The position numbers and the translations under genes were made by a program. A DNA stretch of 64,000 nt from positions 132,577-196,576 of the forward strand of contig JBCCYL010000001.1 of NCBI GenBank assembly GCA_039189765.1, written 5' to 3'. Shown one piece after another: positions 57,901-64,000 of this stretch (positions are counted from its first letter, which is position 1; every line of letters starts with the position of its first letter). The notes below the pieces were generated by a model, which had not been told where the DNA came from, made no database searches, and was given only the letters and a program-made list of their open reading frames with translations. Source of the stretch: Cyanobacteria bacterium P01_F01_bin.150 (GTDB lineage: Bacteria; Cyanobacteriota; Cyanobacteriia; CAKZMO01).

Positions 57901-58340
57901 TTACCGATCAGTTTGACGATCTCACCATTGAGGTGGCTGGTGATTTATCTGCCATGATCTTTGATAGCGCTAACCCAACCGGCGGCGATTACGACCTGCG
58001 TAGCGATACGCTGGGCAATATCCTAATCATCTCTGAAGACGGCGACTCCGCCGACCCCGACGATAACGCCAAGGGCGGTACCCTGATGTTTGATTGGGAC
58101 GGGACGGTGAGTGTTGACAGCCTTGGTCTTCTCGACATTGAAGAATCGGGCGGGATGGTTACTTTGTATGGAGCCGATGATACCACTGTCTTGGCAACGA
58201 TCGACATCCCTGGATTGGGCGACAACAGTCTTCAGTCCCTCAATATTGGCACCGCTGATGTGGGCAAGATGGACGTGCTGTTGGCTGGCAGTGGAGCCAT
58301 TACCGAAATCCTCTTGAGCGATAGTGAAACGGCTATCTAA
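54924..58340 (+). CDS. P9: acidic protein (1138 aa) with Ig-like repeats, two PPC-like domains and the shared C-terminal domain
   Basis: AGGAG lies at 54909-54913. The gene is colinear with the central part of P8 (LQVSLFTGP...SGSGWTFPE). Confidence 0.9.
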   Translation: MVQVSLFTGPDYLIENESTISAHAFLATDGIIPAGGLVVSVDAPSLSEFDLASISVEGGEIVAVRDGGFDLRMDEYTTLVNLPIADDGEVEIGETATFSLATGEGYDTVADFSGGTFELVDTRADIPQGVITEPNNIAIVATDTQITPENPSFVGRDSIYFDIGNRYLNDDGTFTYIDYFEDVDLYKLDLSAGNTVAVEIFEVEGNLPIGIAEGLAVFNADGDKLVATSVITPAAPDKLFGAGGSPISAFNEDGTVNLDETENYLEFTAPEDGIYYVGVSNLASSVVEYIGVNREYDINIPGSGGSNLGTFGNYDIEIDLLTPDNLRKTGTPTPPVSNPNVTNPPTFSLAATPNTVDSDGNLINGVVETVDPGSVSTVNFTIRAEGDIPDDGIEFVLNSNANLFDYVSFLGQERLPQTIGGQSLGAFYNAEGIPTGIRLRIDEPTMTVAFEAANRNERFIDLLGLNVTIDVYEALETDGPEDVTFFIQSGEGYEIAADGGTVDVTYYDSVADVPPSTGSGNAIPEVGVTISETQLIETEETETTLTFTLSEPPPAEGIIVAIDSDDDLLVGGPLGQFDVLNAQVAGGDFPIANADETGFFFNITEQTATITLSVFDELTTGLGPNVVQEGIVALTFELESQPNYTIDPNASEIVVTIADNPDSQILVSPAASGAILIESEGSVGTLSLNLGAPPPAAGITVSVSSDSFADFNVDAITATGGTIVAVGDDGFDVNLTEQNGTVSLPVLDDGVAEDNETITFTIEQGDTYETNPEAVDVSFNLADTIVQASAPAEIERNNILSQANEIGLSTENPTVSLDAALAGYSPFLFDSVFGYAADVDFYSVSLDAGQTVAIDIDGDIGFDPTAFSPFPIVLPALEEVLQTSDTELRLFDAQGNELAANSDGAAPGEEFSRDPYLEFTAETAGTYYIGVSQLGNRNYDPFVEGSGSGWTFPEVGVHISDYELIVTLELDLELKDIDFESSSQGDLSLGDVITDQFDDLTIEVAGDLSAMIFDSANPTGGDYDLRSDTLGNILIISEDGDSADPDDNAKGGTLMFDWDGTVSVDSLGLLDIEESGGMVTLYGADDTTVLATIDIPGLGDNSLQSLNIGTADVGKMDVLLAGSGAITEILLSDSETAI

Positions 58341-58385
58341 GCGAGCCAATCGCTGGCATCGTCGTTATGCTACGGCTAATATCTG

Positions 58386-58419
58386 AAGGTGTGTCCCCGC
58401 TGCGCGAGGGACATACCTT
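58386..58419. terminator. Hairpin between convergent genes, possible bidirectional terminator
   Basis: AAGGTGTGTCCC-CGCTGCGCG-AGGGACATACCTT. Confidence 0.55.
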
Positions 58420-58464
58420 ATAAAAAGTCCAGTACTCAGCTATGCAGAGAATAACGCGATCGCT

Positions 58465-59436
58465 TTAGACAAACTCAAACCCTGACGACATATCGGTTAG
58501 AGTCACCCCTACAACCACTCCAATCAGCTCTGGCACATTACCATCCTCTGTTTGATAAATTCCAGTTCCAGCGATGCCTACCAGCTCCTCCGGTATTTCA
58601 ATCAGTTGGTAGGTATCCGCTGACCCATAGAGTTGAATCACATCATGGTTGCCATTAAAGTCCAGAACTGCGGCAAAGTCCGAAAGTCCCGCACTTAAGG
58701 TTTGTCCATCGTTATAAAACGCCTGTTGCTCATTTCCCAACACAAACCGATCCTTGCCACCCCCACCAATCAGCCAGTCAACTTCATCCACACCGCCGTC
58801 AGCGCCTGCTCCTGTCAGCGTATCGTTACCGAGTCCGCCCCAAAGAATATCATCCCCATCGGTGCCAGTCAGGTCATCGTTAGTTCGGGGCAGGTCGGAA
58901 GCATTGGCAATATCTTGCAGATCATAAAAAATGGCGCGGGCTTCTTCGGCAGTTACGCCTGTGGAGTCCACCACTGCGGCAGTCTCTTGGGCGATCGCCA
59001 CTAGTTCCTCCTCGGTCAGGGTGCCGTCACTTAGCGCTTCAGTCAGGTTTGTTTCCAGGTCATCCACCAGTTCTTGATCGGCGGTAGAGTCAACGCTATT
59101 TTGCAGTTCTTCAGTTAGGGTATCGACATTTTGCTGCTGCTCGTTTGAGAGCGATCGCGGTTTCCTCACACCGGCTTCAACGGCAATTTTTTTCAAATCC
59201 GTCAACAGGGTTTGGGCATCTTCCTCGGAAATATCAGCTTCACGGATAATTGCTTTGATATCTTTCCGTATGGAACGAAATTCGCTTTTGGTCAACTTAC
59301 CATCTTCTAAGGCTTCTTTTACTTCTGTTTTGAATGAGGAAAAGTCAATGTCTGAGCGAGAGACGTTAATGCTGGTTTTGACATCTTTGAACAGATTCCT
59401 CATGTTGCGGCGTTGGGTCTTAGATAGATTGTTCAT
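58465..59436 (-). CDS. Putative calcium-binding protein with two helical repeats and RTX-like nonapeptides
   Basis: The motifs EALEDGKLTKSE and EALSDGTLTEEE are duplicated. RTX-like GGxGxD motifs GTDGDDILWGGLGNDTLTG and GGGGKDRFVLG are followed by a DF...DVIQL...F.FV tail typical of cyanobacterial RTX-type proteins. Confidence 0.8.
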   Translation of the reverse strand: MNNLSKTQRRNMRNLFKDVKTSINVSRSDIDFSSFKTEVKEALEDGKLTKSEFRSIRKDIKAIIREADISEEDAQTLLTDLKKIAVEAGVRKPRSLSNEQQQNVDTLTEELQNSVDSTADQELVDDLETNLTEALSDGTLTEEELVAIAQETAAVVDSTGVTAEEARAIFYDLQDIANASDLPRTNDDLTGTDGDDILWGGLGNDTLTGAGADGGVDEVDWLIGGGGKDRFVLGNEQQAFYNDGQTLSAGLSDFAAVLDFNGNHDVIQLYGSADTYQLIEIPEELVGIAGTGIYQTEDGNVPELIGVVVGVTLTDMSSGFEFV

Positions 59437-59584
59437 TGTGGTTGTTCCTTATGTGGTAAATATTGATAAATCAACCCTAACCACTCTTTTTTGCGACCAG
59501 TAGAGCGCATGGTCCCGATGTTAAGGGACTAAAGTCCCATTGCTCAGTCATAACGCCTGAATCATTCCATCTACTCTATTTGAT

Positions 59585-59635
59585 TTAACGTAGTGGGGGT
59601 GCGACGCGCCCCCACTACGTCAATGTTGTAAACCC
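59585..59635 (+). repeat. Intergenic hairpin repeat, copy E
   Basis: TTAACGTAGTGGGGGTGCGACGCGCCCCCACTACGTCAATGTTGTAAACCC, flanked by ATTTGAT on both sides. Confidence 0.65.
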
Positions 59636-59675
59636 ATTTGATAAACTAAAGGCGTTGATTGGGCTACGTTGACCT

Positions 59676-60326
59676 ATGACTATTGCGCTTGACCCACCAA
59701 TCCACCAGAACCCCCTTAGCGTTGAAGAGTTTCTGGCCCGTTATGGTGACGATAACCGCTATGAACTAATTGATGGAGAGGTATTCGATTTGGAACCGAT
59801 AGGGCCGCATGTTCGCGAAGCGTCTCTGAATGAGTTAGAAGTCGCAGCCTTTATCACCGCAAAGCTTTGTGTCCAAATCGATGGCATGGGCGTTCCATGG
59901 TTTGTCTTTCAGCGGGGACTGTTACGGCCTTCGAATACAGATATGACCGCATTTCGACCTGATGTGGCGGTAGTTGATCGGGATGAGCTGGCTAAGGAAC
60001 TGCTTTGGGCTGAACAGTCGATTTTGACGCTGGGCAGTTCGATTAAGTTTGTGGCGGAGGTGGTTAGCAGCAATTGGCAAAATGATTATGCCCGTAAGCT
60101 TGAAGACTATGCGATTTTGGGCATTGCCGAATATTGGATTGCTGACCATGCAGGTTTGGGGGGGACTCGACATATTGGCAAACCTAAACAACCGACTCTT
60201 TCTATCTGTACGCTAGTGGATGGGGAGTACGAGGTTCAGCAATTTCGAGGGAAGCAGACCATTGTTTCGCCAACGTTCCCAAATTTAAGGCTGACGGCAG
60301 AACAGTTTTATCTAGTAGATAGTTAA
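59676..60326 (+). CDS. Uma2-family (DUF820) endonuclease
   Basis: EEFLARYG...RYELIDGE, RPDVAV, VAEVVSSNWQNDYARKLEDYA.LGI.EYWI.D and SPTFP.L.LTAEQ. Confidence 0.9.
   Translation: MTIALDPPIHQNPLSVEEFLARYGDDNRYELIDGEVFDLEPIGPHVREASLNELEVAAFITAKLCVQIDGMGVPWFVFQRGLLRPSNTDMTAFRPDVAVVDRDELAKELLWAEQSILTLGSSIKFVAEVVSSNWQNDYARKLEDYAILGIAEYWIADHAGLGGTRHIGKPKQPTLSICTLVDGEYEVQQFRGKQTIVSPTFPNLRLTAEQFYLVDS
59811..59837 (+). mobile_element. Small dispersed repeat (SDR1-like, about 24 nt) inserted in frame in the Uma2 gene
   Basis: GTTCGCGAAGCGTCTCTGAATGAG forms two mini-hairpins (CGC-GAA-GCG and CTC-TGAAT-GAG). It gives GPH-VREASLNEL-EVAAF where homologues, from memory, read GPHE[EQ]V. Confidence 0.6.
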
Positions 60327-60455
60327 TAGCCAAACGTTTTTGCCAAAGCTAAGGCTTAGAAAATATATTTTAATTTTGTAATTTTTTTAATGAGCAATCG
60401 AGAGGTTTAGGTATTGTGAGATTATGACTTAGAACTATGGGCAACAAAGCAAAGA

Positions 60456-61502
60456 ATGAAGGGAGAAGTATTAAAACGTTTATTTCGTGCAGTTGCCAGT
60501 GATGATCCACAGGTGGTACAAAGCATGCTGGCCATAGTAATAGAGGAAGAACGCAAGCTGGGACATACTAAGCTTGCGAATCAACTTGCAAGCATTCTAA
60601 GTAAACATGCTCATCTTGCTACATCTAAAAACTTATCATCAGCTTGTGTGCAAGATGAGCGCTCAACAGCTTCGGGGCAAGTTGTATCTGAAGCTTACAA
60701 CACTCGCTCTCTTACCCTTTTATCAAGTAAGCATAGATTCAATCATCCGTTCATTGTTACGCTCCCACGAGATAAGTTGCGGCATCATATGATTCTTGCC
60801 GATGCTGTTGAAATACGATTTCGGCGTATTGAACGTGAATATGCCGCTCGTGATCGTCTAGCTCATCATGGGTTGCGCTATCGTCAAAAGATCTTGCTTT
60901 ACGGTTCGCCAGGGTGTGGCAAGACGATGGGGGCTGAGCGTATTGCTTGGAATACAGGCTTAACTTTAGTCAAAGTTCGCTTCGACGCAATGGTATCTTC
61001 CTATCTAGGAGAAACTGCAACCAACTTACGTGAAGTATTTGAAAGTGCTGCTGCCTCGCCGTGCTTGCTTTTTATTGATGAATGTGATGCATTAGCAAAA
61101 TCTCGCGAAGATAGTCAGGAAGTTGGAGAAATTAAGCGTGTAGTCAATACGTTTCTTCAGTTGCTTGATGAATATGAGGTTTCAAATGGATTGCTTGTGG
61201 CAGCAACTAACCTAACAAAGTTTCTAGATGAAGCTGTATGGCGAAGATTTGATGATGTTATTGAAGTCCCAAAGCCGACAGAGCAGGAAGTTAAGGTTAT
61301 TCTAAAACAGACGCTCTCTTCAGTTGAAATTGGTTCAATTGATTGGGATTTGATTATACAGAAGATGCTTAACTTATCGGCTGCACAAGTAGTAAAGGTT
61401 GCTCAAGATGCTGCAAAACGTGCCATCCTAGATCGAGAAGAGTTAGTCATCCAAGAGCATCTAGAAGAATCAATTCAAGACGTTTTAGCTTCTCATGCCT
61501 GA
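60456..61502 (+). CDS. AAA+ ATPase, IetA-like partner of an S8 protease
   Basis: Walker A GSPGCGKT, SSYLGET, Walker B LLFIDECD and SRH AATN...LDEAVWRRFD. It overlaps the next gene by 8 bp (ATGCCTGA). Confidence 0.9.
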   Translation: MKGEVLKRLFRAVASDDPQVVQSMLAIVIEEERKLGHTKLANQLASILSKHAHLATSKNLSSACVQDERSTASGQVVSEAYNTRSLTLLSSKHRFNHPFIVTLPRDKLRHHMILADAVEIRFRRIEREYAARDRLAHHGLRYRQKILLYGSPGCGKTMGAERIAWNTGLTLVKVRFDAMVSSYLGETATNLREVFESAAASPCLLFIDECDALAKSREDSQEVGEIKRVVNTFLQLLDEYEVSNGLLVAATNLTKFLDEAVWRRFDDVIEVPKPTEQEVKVILKQTLSSVEIGSIDWDLIIQKMLNLSAAQVVKVAQDAAKRAILDREELVIQEHLEESIQDVLASHA

Positions 61503-63885
61503 GCCATCGGACCAGTTTAATCATATTTTGTTAAAGCTAACAAAAACAGGAACTGCGTTTTCAGATCCACGAAAGCGTCCAAGGCCTTCTGCCCGTTCCT
61601 TGGATAATCAAAAGAACCATAGCGGACATGGTCGACAGCTCCAGTCCTCTGTATCTTCAATTGTTTCTGGTTGTCAGAATACTCTTAATAAACGTCGACA
61701 ACAAGGCTTGCCAAACATACCTGAATTACCTTTTTTTCTTCTTCAAGTTGATCCGAAATCATTCGATGCAGATATACTTAAGAGCTTTGATATTGAGGTC
61801 ATCCTTGAACTTGAAGACGGCTATATTTTAGGAGCTTCAGCTGATGCTAAGTTAACCAAACTTCAAGAAAAAATTGAGAAGTTTATTGCTAAAGAATATG
61901 GTGGTGGAAAGGTCGCAGAGATTTGGGATATTCTGGAGGGTAAATTTCAACGTTTAGAATATATTCTCTCGCCAGATCTACTTGCTAAATGGGATCAAGT
62001 TCTAGATGGTCAAACTTATACAGTTGACATCAGTATTGCTTGTGTTGGCCTGAATCCCAAATTTGCTGAGTATCCACTGCTAAAGGAAGATGAAGATCCT
62101 AAAAAATACGCCCGTAGAATCGCTCGGTGGACTGATAAACATGATAAAACTTTACAGGAGTGGGATAAACTTCAATATGAAAGGGAATGTGATTTTGAGG
62201 ATTTTGTAAATAATCTTGGCGGTACATTCCTTTTACTTGGTGATCACGATGATCGTTCACATTTTGCACTCCTTCCAGATAACTTCTCTAGTCGAATTGA
62301 AATTTCTGGCAAAGGCTTGAAAGATTTAGTTGCCAACTATCCTTATATCTTCGATGTCAGCGAGTTAGAACAAATTGAGGAACCATTGACTGGGCGAACT
62401 CTAGAGACAACTGGCCAGTCTTCTTTTGTCCTTGAGCCACCATCACCATTGGCTCCGAAAGTGTGCGTTATTGATAGTGGAATTCAAGAAAACCATCGAT
62501 TACTGCATGTGGCCATAGATAATGAGAATTCACACTCTTGGGTTCCCTATGAGTCCGAGACAATGGATCTCGTATCACCTGGAGGGCATGGTACACGAGT
62601 TGCTGGAGCGATTTTATATCCTCAAGAGATTCCACGTACTGGTCGGCAAGTCGCACTTTGCTGGCTCCAAAACGCCAGAGTATTAGGACGAAGATGCCGT
62701 CTTTCAGACAGGTTATACATGCCGGAAGTTTTACAAAATATCGTAGATTTTTATCACAAAAAATTACGTACTCGTCTCTTCAACCATTCAATTACTGGTT
62801 CGGCTCCTTGTCGAAAAGTTTATATGAGTGCTTGGGCCGCTAAGATAGACCATCTTTCTTGGCAAAATGATGTCCTTTTTATTATCTCGTCAGGAAATAT
62901 TGACGCTATTCGACTTTCAGGACTTAGCATAACGAGAAAAACGCTTACAGAACAATTTCAAGAAGGTTGCGCGTATCCAGACTTCCTCTTGAAGGATTCA
63001 TCTCGTATTGCCAATCCTGCCCAAAGTTTTCAAGCTTTAACAGTCGGATCGATTGCTCATTGCACATACAACAATCCACCTCTCACTTCTGTCGCATCAC
63101 AAGATTATCCGTCTGCTTTTTCCTGCACAGGTTACGGCATTTGGGATTCCATTAAACCTGAAGTTGTTGAGTATGGTGGTGATTGGGTCAAAGATGAAGG
63201 AGATCCCCCTAGCTTTTCTACACCCAAAGATGTTTGTCCTGAGCTGGTTCAAACAACAATGGGGGGAGCACCTGCGATCTCCGCAGATAGTATAGGTACA
63301 TCCTTTGCCGCACCTAAAGTTGCCCATATTGCGGCGGCTTTGGAAGCTAAATTTCCTCTAGAAAGCTGTTTGCTCTATAAAGCTTTGATTGTGCAATCAG
63401 CAAGGTTGCCTGAGTGGACTAATTATGAAGCTAATCTTTCGCCAGCTATTCGCATGATGGGATATGGCTTGCCTAACCTTGAGCGTGCCCTTGGTAATGC
63501 CCCTAATCGTGTTACGTTAATCACCAAAGGTGATGCTTTGATTCAAGCACAGCAAGCACATATTTATCAGGTAGCAATTCCCAAAGAATTACAGTCTCCA
63601 GCAGAATCGTTTGATATTTTAGTTGAGATTACCCTTTCTTACAAAGCAGAACCACGTCGAACACGGCGTAATAAACGCAAATATTTATCTACCTGGCTGC
63701 ATTGGGAATGTAGCGAGAAAGGAGAATCACCAGACTCTTTTCTCACTAGAGTTTTGAAGAAAGCTGAAACATCTGATGAAAGTACTGAAGAAACCTCTCA
63801 GGCAGTGGATAGCGATGGAGAGGGGATTTTTGCATGGACTATTGGACAGCAGAAAAATCATACTCCCATCCCGCTCTATGATTGA
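61495..63885 (+). CDS. S8 (subtilisin-like) serine protease, IetS-like; C-terminus probably truncated
   Basis: Catalytic triad motifs VIDSG, GHGTRVAG and GTSFAAP, plus SSGN, KPEVVEYGG and GYGLP. The last codons (TPIPLYD*) come from the putative IS end. Confidence 0.85.
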   Translation: MPEPSDQFNHILLKLTKTGTAFSDPRKRPRPSARSLDNQKNHSGHGRQLQSSVSSIVSGCQNTLNKRRQQGLPNIPELPFFLLQVDPKSFDADILKSFDIEVILELEDGYILGASADAKLTKLQEKIEKFIAKEYGGGKVAEIWDILEGKFQRLEYILSPDLLAKWDQVLDGQTYTVDISIACVGLNPKFAEYPLLKEDEDPKKYARRIARWTDKHDKTLQEWDKLQYERECDFEDFVNNLGGTFLLLGDHDDRSHFALLPDNFSSRIEISGKGLKDLVANYPYIFDVSELEQIEEPLTGRTLETTGQSSFVLEPPSPLAPKVCVIDSGIQENHRLLHVAIDNENSHSWVPYESETMDLVSPGGHGTRVAGAILYPQEIPRTGRQVALCWLQNARVLGRRCRLSDRLYMPEVLQNIVDFYHKKLRTRLFNHSITGSAPCRKVYMSAWAAKIDHLSWQNDVLFIISSGNIDAIRLSGLSITRKTLTEQFQEGCAYPDFLLKDSSRIANPAQSFQALTVGSIAHCTYNNPPLTSVASQDYPSAFSCTGYGIWDSIKPEVVEYGGDWVKDEGDPPSFSTPKDVCPELVQTTMGGAPAISADSIGTSFAAPKVAHIAAALEAKFPLESCLLYKALIVQSARLPEWTNYEANLSPAIRMMGYGLPNLERALGNAPNRVTLITKGDALIQAQQAHIYQVAIPKELQSPAESFDILVEITLSYKAEPRRTRRNKRKYLSTWLHWECSEKGESPDSFLTRVLKKAETSDESTEETSQAVDSDGEGIFAWTIGQQKNHTPIPLYD

Positions 63886-64000
63886 CTAGTCAAATTAAAA
63901 ATATGTTCAAGGGTATTTTTGATCTGCTCTGGTGTTTGTAATTGATGCTTATCCAAATATGTCTCAAGCTCTAATTCAATACTGTCCAGGGTTGCATCGA
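63861..64000 (-). mobile_element. Probable right end of an IS (IS630-like) containing the C-terminus of a transposase (minus strand, stop at 63876-63878)
   Basis: The minus strand reads DATLDSIELELETYLDKHQLQTPEQIKNTLEHIFNLTSQS*, which resembles cyanobacterial IS630-type transposase tails (from memory). The stop is 13 nt from a TA at 63861, the IS630 target dinucleotide. Confidence 0.5.

Noticed and set aside
2170..58349. Many 60-280-aa minus-strand Ser/Pro/Lys-rich ORFs and short +strand out-of-frame ORFs within P1-P9
   Set aside because: They are antisense or frame shadows caused by the biased codon content, and they recur wherever the sense repeats recur.
60300..60326. Possible 1-bp deletion near the Uma2 C-terminus (EQFYLVDS versus EQVLSSR in another frame)
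   Set aside because: It affects only the last few residues and cannot be established without homologue alignment.
1..64000. rRNA, tRNA, integrase, reverse transcriptase or DGR, or inteins explaining the shuffling
   Set aside because: I recognised no such motifs in the window. GCGATCGC sites are the ordinary cyanobacterial HIP1 repeat.

Overview
This window comes from a cyanobacterial chromosome, judged by the frequent HIP1 octamer GCGATCGC and a Uma2 gene. About 57 kb (1148-58340) is a same-strand tandem array of nine paralogous giant proteins, P1-P9, of about 925-3536 aa. They are very acidic, and on reading I found no Cys and no N-terminal signal peptide. All nine end in the same ~150-aa C-terminal domain (IDFE...AMIFD[ST]xNPTGGDxDL...LIISEDGDSxxPDDN...GSGA[IL]T[ED]I). 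They are built from divergent Calx-beta/Ig-like repeats plus interchangeable cargo modules: PPC, Spondin_N, histidine phosphatase, SxxK serine hydrolase, GDSL esterase, a Ca-binding propeller, and several domains I cannot name. Fur-like boxes precede several genes, a piuC/ybiX-type Fe(II)/2OG dioxygenase sits inside the array, and a YddA/ABCD-type ABC transporter lies at the left edge. Together these suggest an iron-limitation-regulated family of secreted modular surface or matrix proteins with a shared C-terminal export or anchoring tag; this is inference. To the right are a convergent RTX-like gene, a Uma2 nuclease carrying a small in-frame repeat insertion, and an IetAS-like AAA ATPase plus S8 protease pair whose protease appears truncated by an IS end at the window edge. 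A ~50-80-bp hairpin repeat family occurs five times in intergenic DNA. Domain names are from motif recognition only; no searches were run.
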